Shown: positions 1 to 8,998 of the stretch, piece by piece | Layout of the letters: each line of letters opens with the position of its first letter | How positions within the stretch are numbered: position 1 is the first letter of the stretch | Assembly: GCF_000018785.1 (NCBI RefSeq) | Contig: NC_010163.1 | Coordinates: forward strand, 690,001 to 722,000 | Length of the DNA stretch: 32,000 nt | Source of the DNA: Acholeplasma laidlawii PG-8A | GTDB taxonomy: Bacteria; Bacillota_I; Bacilli_A; Acholeplasmatales; Acholeplasmataceae | Direction: 5' to 3' | Position numbers and translations under genes: made by a program | The notes under the pieces: generated by a model | Told to the model about the DNA's origin: nothing | What the model saw: only the letters and a program-made list of their open reading frames with translations | Database searches by the model: none

Positions 1-1230
1 GTTTGAATTTGAAGACTCACCAGGTAATCCAATCATTGCATGTTCTAATGCTAAATGACCATTTAATCTAACTTGTTCAGTTTGACCAAGTGTTAGGACT
101 TCCCAATAACCTTTAACAAACATACCTGCACGATCATAGAAGAAATTATTGAAATCTTTCATGTACTGTGCTTTGAAATCAGGATGTAGATCCATATAAA
201 CACGAACCATTAATTTAACAAAATCTTGAGATTGTGTAGGGTTAATAGTGTGTACTTGGACAACTGCACGTCTAAATAATGTTGAAAAAGGCGTTTGTTT
301 GTATTGTGCACGCACTGTATTATGAATCAATCCTGGTTCATAATATTCATAAAGTGTACCGTTTAACTCATAAACTGGTCCTAAGATATTAGTAACAGCA
401 GTTGGTGAGAAACCAGCACCAGATTCTTTTAAGCTAAATGTGTCATTAGACAGTAATAAGAATCTTTGTTGGTCTGTATTTATGAAAACTTCAACATAAT
501 ACTCATTTGTATCAGTATCTTTAAATAGTTTACCGGTTTTTCTAAAAGGTGTTAAACCCTGTACACTTGTGATAATCGATGGATTATCCATACGGTTAAA
601 CACATGAGTTTCAAAGTACTCAGTTATTTGTTGACCTGCAACAGCTTGACTTGAAATAGGTAAGTAGAACTTATGATTCACTTCATCCCAATACATGTTG
701 CTATTTTCTAATGTAATTAAACGTTTAGCATTTGCTGAATCAAAGTCTTCAGCTCTTGTTTCATTCGTTGTACCGAACTCGGTATATCGTAAATAGGATG
801 CCTCTTTTAAATCTCTTGCGAGGAATTCTATGAAACGTTCTTCAGTAAATAGTTTGGCGGTTGGATTTTGTGATCCAGTAGCACCACCATAATATCCCCC
901 GTTTGGTTTTTCTTCAACACCAATTTCATCTAAAAAAGCTTCAAAGGAAGCGATTCTGTTAGAAGAACTTTGTAAGATTTGGCCATCATAGAATTGGAAT
1001 AAGGATTTCTCAAACCATTCACCAAATGACTCCCCGGCAATCTTATTAAGTGCTATTTCATTTTCTGTGGTTTCTTCATAAAAATAATTAGAAGTTGCGA
1101 GCTCTAATGTTACGAAAATAGCAAAGAAAATGAAGAAAAATAGTGCTTTTAAATATTGTCTATTAAAGACTTGACCTATACCCCATATTAGCCCCGATAG
1201 TATAGATTTTATTATACTCCATGCCTTCAT
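1..1230 (-). CDS. Membrane protein, probable MalF-type permease of the maltodextrin ABC transporter (N-terminal 410 aa; 3' end lies beyond the window start)
   Basis: Minus-strand frame is open from ATG at 1230-1228 to position 1. It is absent from the ORF track because no stop falls in the window. AAGAGGTG Shine-Dalgarno sits about 7 nt upstream. Translation starts MKAWSIIKSILSGLIWGIGQVFNRQYLKALFFFIFFAIFVTLELA (one TM helix), followed by more than 350 aa of hydrophilic sequence. It lies directly downstream of the MalE-like gene in the same operon. Confidence 0.5.
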   Translation of the reverse strand, partial: MKAWSIIKSILSGLIWGIGQVFNRQYLKALFFFIFFAIFVTLELATSNYFYEETTENEIALNKIAGESFGEWFEKSLFQFYDGQILQSSSNRIASFEAFLDEIGVEEKPNGGYYGGATGSQNPTAKLFTEERFIEFLARDLKEASYLRYTEFGTTNETRAEDFDSANAKRLITLENSNMYWDEVNHKFYLPISSQAVAGQQITEYFETHVFNRMDNPSIITSVQGLTPFRKTGKLFKDTDTNEYYVEVFINTDQQRFLLLSNDTFSLKESGAGFSPTAVTNILGPVYELNGTLYEYYEPGLIHNTVRAQYKQTPFSTLFRRAVVQVHTINPTQSQDFVKLMVRVYMDLHPDFKAQYMKDFNNFFYDRAGMFVKGYWEVLTLGQTEQVRLNGHLALEHAMIGLPGESSNSN

Positions 1231-1267
1231 TATGTAACACCTCTTTATTGTGACTATAATTGAATGG

Positions 1268-1291
1268 AGGCGATAGGAAAACCTATCGCCT
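1268..1291 (-). promoter_or_regulatory. Intercistronic stem-loop between the binding-protein and permease genes
   Basis: Perfect 10-bp stem AGGCGATAGG / CCTATCGCCT with a 4-nt loop. On the minus strand it is not followed by a U-tract. It therefore looks more like an mRNA-stabilising or differential-expression hairpin than a full terminator. Confidence 0.45.
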
Positions 1292-1329
1292 ACTCATTCT
1301 TTCTTAAATATACTTGTTGCGAAAACTAA

Positions 1330-2682
1330 TTATTGACCGCCTAGACCAGCTTGTGCACGGTATGCATTTTCAGCTGCAACCACAGCTTCAGAAATCACTG
1401 TAGCAGGGTTGTTCCAAACAGATATAATCATTGATTCACCTGGACCCCAGTAGTATTGAACTGCAGGGATTGTAGGCATTGGAATTGCACTTTCTAACTG
1501 TAATGAAATTGCAGGTAGATAAGGATCTGTACTGAAACCATCGATATTTGGTAATAGTTCAGGCTTTAAAGCAGGTAATTTATTTTTCATCTTTAATTGT
1601 AATTCCATAGCTTTATCGCTCATTAGGAATTCTAAGAATGCTGTTGCAGCTTCTTTATTATTAGAATACTTGTAAATTGCAGCCATTTGAGCACCTGCAA
1701 ATGGAGCACCTTGTACGCCACCTACTGATGGTAATGGAGCGATACCGAAGTTTAGACCTTCTGTACCAGCATATTCTTCAATATTCCATGGACCAGCAAT
1801 AATGTAAGGGATGTTACCAGCTACGAAGTTAGCACCAGCACCCACTGAGTTGTGGTTGTTGTTACCAGTTGTAGCAGGTTTTAATTTATCACGGAACCAA
1901 GTTAATGCAGCAACTGCATCTGCAAATCCTACAGCACTTGGATCATCTAGGTTTTCACCAAACGGTTGGAAGCCTAATGCAGAGTAGAATGTTTGCATGA
2001 AGTATGAGTCAGCCCAGTGAGAAGAAGTACCTAAATAGTACCAACCTTTTTGAGCATTTGTTTGACCAGAACCATCACTTGCTAATGCAGCATTCCAAGT
2101 AGCAGCAGCAGCTAATAATTCTTCCATAGTAGCAGCAGGTGTAGATACTAAATCTTTATTGTAGTATAGTCCAATAGCCTCTAGTGACATTGGTACTGCA
2201 TAAACGTTTTCTTGAGCGTTAGCACCTGGACCAAATACACCAGTGGATTCATCATATAGTAATGTAGCAATATCCATACCTAGTGGATGCGCACGTTCAG
2301 CAACACGAGTTGCTACTGAAGATGGTAATGCATAAACTAAATCTTCTAAGATCGCTGATGCTAAGTGGTCATGAGGGAATTGGAAAATGTCCGCTCCATT
2401 ACCAGTTAAACCGAAAGTTTTTAGTCTTTCACGCGCATCAACTGTACCCATATGTTGGTGTTGAACAATAATGTCTTTACCAGCATCAGTTTTGTTGAAT
2501 TCAGCGATAACTGCTTGCATATATTCACCATTTTGGTCGTCTATCCAAACAGTAATTGTTTGTTTTTCTTTATAGATTTCAGAGAAATCGTATTCTGCAC
2601 CGTCATTTTTTGCTTTTGGTGTACATGCCACCACAAATAAGACGAACATAATCATTAAGATTGAAGTAAATGTTTTTTTCAT
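1330..2682 (-). CDS. Maltose/maltodextrin ABC transporter substrate-binding lipoprotein (MalE/MdxE-like)
   Basis: 450 aa. Signal peptide plus lipobox (FVVAC). MalE-family-like blocks are present: ITVWIDDQ, ADIFQFPHDHL, YAVPMSLEAIGLYYNKDL, GPWN, GIAPLP. It sits in an operon with the permease-like gene. Confidence 0.85.
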   Translation of the reverse strand: MKKTFTSILMIMFVLFVVACTPKAKNDGAEYDFSEIYKEKQTITVWIDDQNGEYMQAVIAEFNKTDAGKDIIVQHQHMGTVDARERLKTFGLTGNGADIFQFPHDHLASAILEDLVYALPSSVATRVAERAHPLGMDIATLLYDESTGVFGPGANAQENVYAVPMSLEAIGLYYNKDLVSTPAATMEELLAAAATWNAALASDGSGQTNAQKGWYYLGTSSHWADSYFMQTFYSALGFQPFGENLDDPSAVGFADAVAALTWFRDKLKPATTGNNNHNSVGAGANFVAGNIPYIIAGPWNIEEYAGTEGLNFGIAPLPSVGGVQGAPFAGAQMAAIYKYSNNKEAATAFLEFLMSDKAMELQLKMKNKLPALKPELLPNIDGFSTDPYLPAISLQLESAIPMPTIPAVQYYWGPGESMIISVWNNPATVISEAVVAAENAYRAQAGLGGQ

Positions 2683-2693
2683 GTCTATCCTCC

Positions 2694-4202
2694 TTAAGCC
2701 TCAGGTTTAACGACTCTGAAAGTAAATGTTTCTTGAGTTACGTTACCCCATGCGTCGGAAACTTGTAGCATAATTACATAATCACCAACTGTACGTGTAT
2801 CTAATTTAGAGTTTTCGCCTTTTGGAACGAATACTGCTCTAGTTAAATCGCCATCTCTGTCATCCACTGCATCGTATAGTGGGAAGTCAGCTAGGTTAAA
2901 TGGTTTACCCCATTCAACTTCGATCACTTTATCTTCACCTAAAAGTGGGAAAGTAATAACAGGTGCATTTCTATCTAAATCTAATTCGATAGATGCTTCT
3001 TCAGTACCATTATCAAAGAATAATACATAATCTTTAGTAATATCTAGTTCTGAACCGTCTGCTAAAACGACAACGAAGTCAGCAATTGTATCATTACCAG
3101 TAGCAAAGTCAACACGGTCAACAGTTAATGCAGGACCATAAGTATCTTCACCAGTCAATTCTTTAACTGAGAACCAACCTTTAACTAATGCTAAAGCTTG
3201 AGCTTCAGTTAATTCAGAGTCTTCATCTTTTAGCGGATTAGCTAATTGAGCAGAAGTTTTAACGATAACTTGGTTAGATCTAACAGCATATGTACCGCTA
3301 GCAGCGCCAGAAGTAGCGTCTACAGTGTAAGGTAATAATCTGAATGAGAATGCATTGAATGCAAAATCAGCAAAATTTTCATTACCGTAGAATAAGTTAG
3401 TATTAGTTGTTACACCATTACCATTAGAGTAAACGAATGCAAAACCGACTGCACCTGGTTCATGAGTACCTTCACCTAAAGATAATTGTAAAGTAACATC
3501 CCCAGTTTTCTTAGAACCATCGCCTTCACCGAAGTAAATCAGTAATCCAGCACCTGGAACTTCATCATCTTCTGTTGGAGCAGCAGTTAACATTGAAGCT
3601 TTAACAGCCATACCAGTAGCTGTATTACCAGCTGTTGAGAAGATTTTTAGTGGTTCGTTCCAACCTGTAGCTTCTTGTGACCAACCACCCCAGTTGTGAA
3701 CACCTAGATTATCTTCGTAAGATCCTGATGGATCAAAGTATAGTAAGAACATATTATATTTTGTATTGTCAGCAACGAAATATCTCGGATCTTCAGTAGT
3801 AGTATTACCTGATCCTTGTACAATATAAACGTGTACAGTTTCATTTGCTTTTACAACTGATTTTTTAATTGATATGTCCCCAGTAAATTTATTTCCCCAG
3901 TTTGGATCCCCAGCTAAACCATTTGGTCTTTCAACTGCAATCCATCCATAAGTTTCTGTGCTTGAAGATGCAACCACAGGTAAACCTTCATAAATAAATG
4001 TCGCGCCAAAATCATCGACGCCGTCATGGATGCCATGTGGATCTATGCCACCCCAAGTATGCGTACCTAACAAGTCGTAATTTTCACTCCAATTTTTAAA
4101 GTGAACGACTAGAGTTCCAGTTTCCTCTTCCGCAGCATAAAGATGCGGTAAAGCAACTAGTATGGTAGCAAAAACTAATAAAGATAAGATAATCTTTTTC
4201 AT
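2694..4202 (-). CDS. Secreted non-catalytic alpha-glucan-binding protein: two pullulanase-N-terminal-like (PUD/CBM41-like) modules plus a C-terminal Ig-like DUF5011-type domain
   Basis: 502 aa with an N-terminal signal peptide. Two segments, TLVVHFKNWSENYDLLGTHTWGG and FLLYFDPSGSYEDNLGVHNWGGW, echo the N-terminus of the adjacent pullulanase (TLVVHYFRYDGNYTGYNMWLWQ). The C-terminus (DAVDDRDGDLT...GDYVIMLQVSDAWGN) looks like a DUF5011 Ig-like domain. No GH13 catalytic blocks were seen. Confidence 0.5.
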   Translation of the reverse strand: MKKIILSLLVFATILVALPHLYAAEEETGTLVVHFKNWSENYDLLGTHTWGGIDPHGIHDGVDDFGATFIYEGLPVVASSSTETYGWIAVERPNGLAGDPNWGNKFTGDISIKKSVVKANETVHVYIVQGSGNTTTEDPRYFVADNTKYNMFLLYFDPSGSYEDNLGVHNWGGWSQEATGWNEPLKIFSTAGNTATGMAVKASMLTAAPTEDDEVPGAGLLIYFGEGDGSKKTGDVTLQLSLGEGTHEPGAVGFAFVYSNGNGVTTNTNLFYGNENFADFAFNAFSFRLLPYTVDATSGAASGTYAVRSNQVIVKTSAQLANPLKDEDSELTEAQALALVKGWFSVKELTGEDTYGPALTVDRVDFATGNDTIADFVVVLADGSELDITKDYVLFFDNGTEEASIELDLDRNAPVITFPLLGEDKVIEVEWGKPFNLADFPLYDAVDDRDGDLTRAVFVPKGENSKLDTRTVGDYVIMLQVSDAWGNVTQETFTFRVVKPEA

Positions 4203-4270
4203 TTTACCCTCCTAAAAAGTATTGTTTGTATCATCTTACAACACAAGTATATCATATTTATTTATAATTT

Positions 4271-4285
4271 TGTAAAGCGTTTACA
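4271..4285. promoter_or_regulatory. LacI/MalR-type (cre-like) operator candidate
   Basis: TGTAAAGCGTTTACA has palindromic arms TGTAAA/TTTACA around a central CG. It lies in the promoter region of the minus-strand glucan-binding/MalE/MalF operon. Confidence 0.5.
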
Positions 4286-4296
4286 TATGCGGTACG

Positions 4297-4332
4297 TGTG
4301 CAAACGGTTTCTTATTTGCAAACGCTATCATT
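4297..4332. promoter_or_regulatory. Composite double operator module (copy A)
   Basis: TGTGCAAACGGTTTCTTATTTGCAAACGCTATCATT contains two TGCAAACG-type half-palindromic boxes. It is identical to 5968-6001 except for a 2-nt TT indel. Confidence 0.55.
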
Positions 4333-4385
4333 ATAAAAGTAAAAATTAGGTATAATTCCAATTTTCATGTATTTTTTAATTTGCA

Positions 4386-4419
4386 TAAAAAAAACCACCC
4401 ATTTGAATAATGGATGGTT
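4386..4419 (-). terminator. Rho-independent terminator of the RDD/YvdJ-like operon
   Basis: On the minus strand the stem is AACCATCCA / TGGGTGGTT (8 of 9 pairs), followed by a T8-9 run just after the stop at 4438. Confidence 0.6.
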
Positions 4420-4437
4420 AAATGCTTGACTAAGTGA

Positions 4438-5253
4438 TTAAGAAAAGTTTTTTCTTGAAAATACTAAGAAGACTAACATGACGATTAATCCAAGAACTAG
4501 GTTGAATACAACAGGTGCAAATCCTGGAAGAATAAGTCCAAATATCAAGGCTAACACACTTGGCAGTGTAGAAGCTAAGACGATGAAGTTTAGACCTTCT
4601 AAGTAACTTAAGAAGTTTTGGAATCCGAATCTAAAGAGTTGAATAATACCTGATAATACAATGATATAAATAAGTGTTGCTAAAAACTGAACGGACTGGT
4701 TTCTAATGACTGTAAACAAAATGATTTGATCACTAAATGATTTTTCAATGGATTCACCAAAAAGCTGATAATCTCTAATGCGTTCATCTCCTGTAGAAAT
4801 ATTTAACTGACTTAACATGATAGGTGTTTCAAATCCTTTGTAATTCGGTGAACTAGTTGTATTTTTGTTAATGTCTATATATTGTATATAATCAGCGTAG
4901 AAGATGACTATGTTTTTATTGGTTACAGATTCAATGGATTCATCATAACCAAAATAGTAGATGAAATTTTCATGCGCATAACTTGAACCATTTAATGCAT
5001 TGCTGTCTATACCGCCAGATGTAATGGTAATTGAAGGAAGTGAAGACCAATTAGGTGTAGTCTCTGTAAGGTTATGTTCAATAAAATTAATTTTAGAACC
5101 CTGTTCTTCAAAGGTTAACCAGGTTAGTGGAAAGTTGGCAATAAATGTTAATAGAATAAAGTATATAAAGACTTTGAGTGCATGAACTTTTCTACTGTTT
5201 TCAATTAATTTTGGAAATTGAAAACCCATTTTAAAATATTTAACCAAAAACAT
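4438..5253 (-). CDS. Polytopic membrane protein, DUF1189/YvdJ-like (maltodextrin-cluster associated)
   Basis: 271 aa. The N-terminal pattern (FQFPKLIENSRKVHALKVFIYFILLTFIANFP) and the C-terminal TM helices resemble B. subtilis YvdJ-type proteins encoded in mdx operons. Its start overlaps the RDD gene stop by 1 nt (TAATG). Confidence 0.5.
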   Translation of the reverse strand: MFLVKYFKMGFQFPKLIENSRKVHALKVFIYFILLTFIANFPLTWLTFEEQGSKINFIEHNLTETTPNWSSLPSITITSGGIDSNALNGSSYAHENFIYYFGYDESIESVTNKNIVIFYADYIQYIDINKNTTSSPNYKGFETPIMLSQLNISTGDERIRDYQLFGESIEKSFSDQIILFTVIRNQSVQFLATLIYIIVLSGIIQLFRFGFQNFLSYLEGLNFIVLASTLPSVLALIFGLILPGFAPVVFNLVLGLIVMLVFLVFSRKNFS

Positions 5254-5732
5254 TATTTTAATCTCGTTTCTTTCATCGTTTTTGTTTGTAATGTTTCGTT
5301 CATGCGAACATTTTGCGGTGAAGTGTCTAAATCAATGACTTTGGTCTTGAACACATAATCATGAATTGTTCTAGACACATGTTTTTCTGAAAGTGCGAAA
5401 AAGGCGATTACTGAGTAGAGACCAAATGTTGCAATTGAAAAGAAGTATTTGAAAACTTCTCTACTAATCAGTTTTAATTTGGAAGGATTGCTTCCATCCA
5501 TATTAACCACTTTGATCTTTTGAAGTCTTTTACCAAAAGTCTGTCCAGCTTTTGTCAATTGTGGAAATATAATAAGGAAAAAGAATGTCAAGATAAGTAT
5601 GGATGCTTGAATGTATGGTCTGATACTATCGTCTATATTAGCTAATCCAAAGGCTGTTAGTATAAATATAATAATTAAACCTGAAATGTCTGCTGCAAAT
5701 GCACGTACTCTTTTTTCGAATCTAGGTACCAT
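5253..5732 (-). CDS. RDD-family membrane protein
   Basis: 159 aa. R-x-x-A-x-x-x-D start (RVRAFAADISG), TM helices and a GQTFGKRLQKIKVVNMDG block are typical of RDD domains. Confidence 0.65.
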   Translation of the reverse strand: MVPRFEKRVRAFAADISGLIIIFILTAFGLANIDDSIRPYIQASILILTFFFLIIFPQLTKAGQTFGKRLQKIKVVNMDGSNPSKLKLISREVFKYFFSIATFGLYSVIAFFALSEKHVSRTIHDYVFKTKVIDLDTSPQNVRMNETLQTKTMKETRLK

Positions 5733-5840
5733 GTTGATATCCCTCTGCTTTCATTTTATGTGTTTTATTATAACACGGTATTTTATTTAGATCCCAATCA
5801 TATTGGACCGTAATAAACTAAGAAACATTATATTACAATT

Positions 5841-5871
5841 TGTAAGCGATTACATTATGTAAACGATACCA
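5841..5871. promoter_or_regulatory. Two adjacent cre/LacI-type operator boxes
   Basis: TGTAAGCGATTACA (5841-5854) fits TGWAANCGNTNWCA exactly. TGTAAACGATACCA (5858-5871) has one mismatch. Both lie in the divergent promoter region between the RDD operon and the pullulanase gene. Confidence 0.55.
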
Positions 5872-5967
5872 TAACGTTAAGTTTTAAATTTTTATGTGTA
5901 AAAGTACAAAATCAAAGACTTACTAAAATTTGGCTACTACCAGAAAACCTATATTGAATAGTGATAT

Positions 5968-6001
5968 TGTGCAAACGGTTTCTTATGCAAACGCTATCAT
6001 T
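5968..6001. promoter_or_regulatory. Composite double operator module (copy B), in the pullulanase 5' leader
   Basis: TGTGCAAACGGTTTCTTATGCAAACGCTATCATT is the same module as 4297-4332. It lies inside the track ORF's N-terminal extension, which I interpret as untranslated leader. Confidence 0.55.
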
Positions 6002-6058
6002 GAATACAATGAAAGACATAAATCTATGATATATTTAAATCCTAGGAGGGTTGGGAAA

Positions 6059-8998
6059 TTGAAAAAAATAATATTATTTTTATTAACAGTTATGTTAACA
6101 AGTGTATTAGCTTTATCAATTACTTATGCTAGTGAAAGACCAAATACATTAGTCGTTCATTATTTTAGGTATGATGGCAATTACACAGGCTATAACATGT
6201 GGTTATGGCAAAATGAGCCTACTGGTTTAGGTGGTAAACAATTTAACTTTACTAATACAAATGTAGATGAACATGGTGCTTATTATGAAGTGGATTTAGA
6301 AGCAGAAGGCTATAATGAAACCACTAAATGGGGCATTATCATTAAACAAGGTGCTTGGGATGGTTACAGAGAACCAGGTGGAGATAGATTCTTTAAACTT
6401 AGTGATGCCGAGTTAATTAATGGTAAAATCCATGCTTACTTTGTCCAAGCAGATACACGTATTGGTTTAAGTAATGCAGATTTAGCAAATAATATACCAG
6501 ATTACAGACCAAATATCTTATTTGTAGCATTTAATGCACAAAGAAATATCGTTGTAGACTTAACGCATCCTGCAACAAGTTATAAAGTATATGAAAATGA
6601 TGTTCAAGTTAAATCAGGTAATTTTACTACAGGTCTTAGACAAACAATTACAGATCTAAATATTGACTTGACAAAAACATATGATTTAGAAGTGACTTTT
6701 GCTGATTCAACAGCAAGAAAAACAGTCTCACTTCAAAATCTATATGACACACCTGAATTTGAAAATGCCTTTACCTATGACGGAGAGTTAGGTGCTATAT
6801 ATACAAAAGCTGAAACAACCTTTAGATTATGGGCACCAGTATCGCAAGCTGTTTCAGTTAATATCTATAATCAAGGACATCCTCAATATAACCGCTTAGG
6901 GCAGGCATCAGAAGAGGCTAACCCGGTATCAACACATGAGATGACACCGATTGAAAATGGTGTATGGGAAGTTAAATTATCAGGTGATTTTGCATCTAAG
7001 TATTATACATTTGATGTCACTAATAATAATGTTACAAATGAGGTAACAGATCCATATAGTTACTCAACAGGTGCAAATGGACTAAGAAGTATGGTTGTTG
7101 ACTTTGATTCAACAGATCCTTTATATTGGGATTTTTCAACAAGACCCAATACAATTCAAACATTTACTGATTACATCATTTGGGAATTACATGTGAGAGA
7201 CTTAACAACACATAGTTCTTGGAATGGTACAGAATCAAGCCGTGGTAAGTTTTTAGGTTTAGCAGAATCTGGTACAACGTATTCAGCAAATGGTACAACC
7301 GTTACTACAGGGCTTGATCACATTGAAGAGTTAGGCGTGAATGCAGTACATTTACTACCTATCTTTGATTTTGGTTATATTGATGAAGTAGAAGTATTTA
7401 AAAACCCTAATACTGAAAATGTGTTTAACTGGGGTTATATGCCGTATCACTTTAATACATTAGAAGGATCTTACTCTACCAATCCATTTGATGGTAATGT
7501 TAGAATTTATGAATTCAAACAAGCTGTTCAAGCATTTCACCAAAAAGATATCCGAGTAATTATGGACGTTGTCTATAACCATACCGGTGAATCTGAAGGT
7601 TCAAACTTCCATAAAATTGTTCCAGGTTATTTCCATAGATTAAACGCTAATGGTGGGTTCCAAAATGGTTCTGGTACAGGTAATGAAACGGCTTCGGAAC
7701 GTAGTATGGTGCGTAAATTCATGGTAGACTCTACAGTATTTTTAGCTGAAGAATATAAACTATCTGGCTTTAGATTTGACCTGATGTCACTACACGATAT
7801 TGAAACAATGAATGCAATTAGAGAAGCTTTAAATAAAATTGATCCAACCATTATTTTATATGGTGAACCTTGGGCAGGTGGTGACACCTTAATTGATGGC
7901 GATATCGCTGCTGGTATGACAAATACCAATGGTTGGGACCGTACTCAAGTACGTAAAATGGATAGTGGTGTTGGTGCATTTAATGACTTGTATAGAAATG
8001 CATTAAAAGGTACACCAGACGGTGCTGAAGGTGGATTTGTTCAAGGTGCTATGGACTTTAATAAGATGCAAGACTTACGTAAAGGTATTATGGGTGCTAC
8101 AGAGCAATTTACAAACTCACCGCTTCAAAATATCGTTTATGGTGAAGCACATGATAACTTAACGTTACATGATAAATTAAGATCATCAGGTGTTCCAATT
8201 AATGAAGTAAAACACGCTCAAGTACAATCTAACGCGATAGTATTAACCTCAATGGGTATACCATTCCTTCATGCAGGTACAGAATTCTTAAGATCGAAAC
8301 CACTTCAAAATGGAGGGTATGATCATAACTCATACGAATCTCCTGATAGTGTGAACCAATTAAGATGGGACCGCAAACTAGAATATAATGATGTATTTGA
8401 ATATCATAAAGCACTGATTCATATTCGTAAAACTTATCAAGGTTTACGTATGGATAATATGACAGAAATTAATGCAAGATTTAATTTTGTTCAAACCTCA
8501 CAAGATCATACTGATAAATCACTAGCATACACAATTGATGGCGTTGGTAATCAACCAAAACTTTTAATTATTCATGCTGGACGTGTAACAGGTACCTCAG
8601 TGACATTAAATGATGGTAAAACCTATATGATGGTCACTTCAAGAGCTGGTAGTCAAGGTTTATATGATGTATCTAAAGGTTTGGTTACAAGAAGTGGTAA
8701 GTTTGATGTATTAACACAAAATACAACTTCAATATTTGTTGAGGTAAAATCAACAGATCTACCAACATTAAAATCTGAAGTGGTAACTGTAGCATTAAAT
8801 GAAGCATTTGATGGCTTAAGTAATGTGAATGTACCAGCAGGTGCAACTGCATATGCAACAGCAATTGATACATCCATTCCAGGATTTAAAGTAGTGACTG
8901 TATCGATTACAGACTTCTTAGGTAATCAATCTAACTTATACTACGTAGCCAATGTTTCAGGTGGAATGTTTACAAACGTATTAGGAGGATTATCATAA
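6059..8998 (+). CDS. pulA: Type I pullulanase (GH13) with N-terminal PUD/CBM41-like module, secreted
   Basis: GH13 blocks are present: DVVYNHT, GFRFDLMSLH, YGEPWAGG, YGEAHDN and FNWGYMPYHF. The track starts at TTG 5930, but a strong AGGAGGG RBS (6045-6051) precedes the in-frame TTG at 6059. That start gives the classic signal peptide MKKIILFLLTVMLTSVLALSITYA. Confidence 0.9.
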   Translation: MKKIILFLLTVMLTSVLALSITYASERPNTLVVHYFRYDGNYTGYNMWLWQNEPTGLGGKQFNFTNTNVDEHGAYYEVDLEAEGYNETTKWGIIIKQGAWDGYREPGGDRFFKLSDAELINGKIHAYFVQADTRIGLSNADLANNIPDYRPNILFVAFNAQRNIVVDLTHPATSYKVYENDVQVKSGNFTTGLRQTITDLNIDLTKTYDLEVTFADSTARKTVSLQNLYDTPEFENAFTYDGELGAIYTKAETTFRLWAPVSQAVSVNIYNQGHPQYNRLGQASEEANPVSTHEMTPIENGVWEVKLSGDFASKYYTFDVTNNNVTNEVTDPYSYSTGANGLRSMVVDFDSTDPLYWDFSTRPNTIQTFTDYIIWELHVRDLTTHSSWNGTESSRGKFLGLAESGTTYSANGTTVTTGLDHIEELGVNAVHLLPIFDFGYIDEVEVFKNPNTENVFNWGYMPYHFNTLEGSYSTNPFDGNVRIYEFKQAVQAFHQKDIRVIMDVVYNHTGESEGSNFHKIVPGYFHRLNANGGFQNGSGTGNETASERSMVRKFMVDSTVFLAEEYKLSGFRFDLMSLHDIETMNAIREALNKIDPTIILYGEPWAGGDTLIDGDIAAGMTNTNGWDRTQVRKMDSGVGAFNDLYRNALKGTPDGAEGGFVQGAMDFNKMQDLRKGIMGATEQFTNSPLQNIVYGEAHDNLTLHDKLRSSGVPINEVKHAQVQSNAIVLTSMGIPFLHAGTEFLRSKPLQNGGYDHNSYESPDSVNQLRWDRKLEYNDVFEYHKALIHIRKTYQGLRMDNMTEINARFNFVQTSQDHTDKSLAYTIDGVGNQPKLLIIHAGRVTGTSVTLNDGKTYMMVTSRAGSQGLYDVSKGLVTRSGKFDVLTQNTTSIFVEVKSTDLPTLKSEVVTVALNEAFDGLSNVNVPAGATAYATAIDTSIPGFKVVTVSITDFLGNQSNLYYVANVSGGMFTNVLGGLS

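Noticed and set aside
5851-5868. TTATGTAAACG, a 10/11 match to the B. subtilis XerD arm, as a second dif
   Set aside because: The preceding 17 nt lack a XerC arm ending in ATAA and a TATATA-like central region. The sequence is better explained as overlapping cre/LacI-type operator boxes.
5930-6058. N-terminal 43 codons of the track's pullulanase ORF (TTG start at 5930)
   Set aside because: There is no RBS at 5930. The segment contains the duplicated operator module. A strong AGGAGGG RBS precedes the in-frame TTG at 6059, which yields a canonical MKK signal peptide. The segment is treated as 5' leader.
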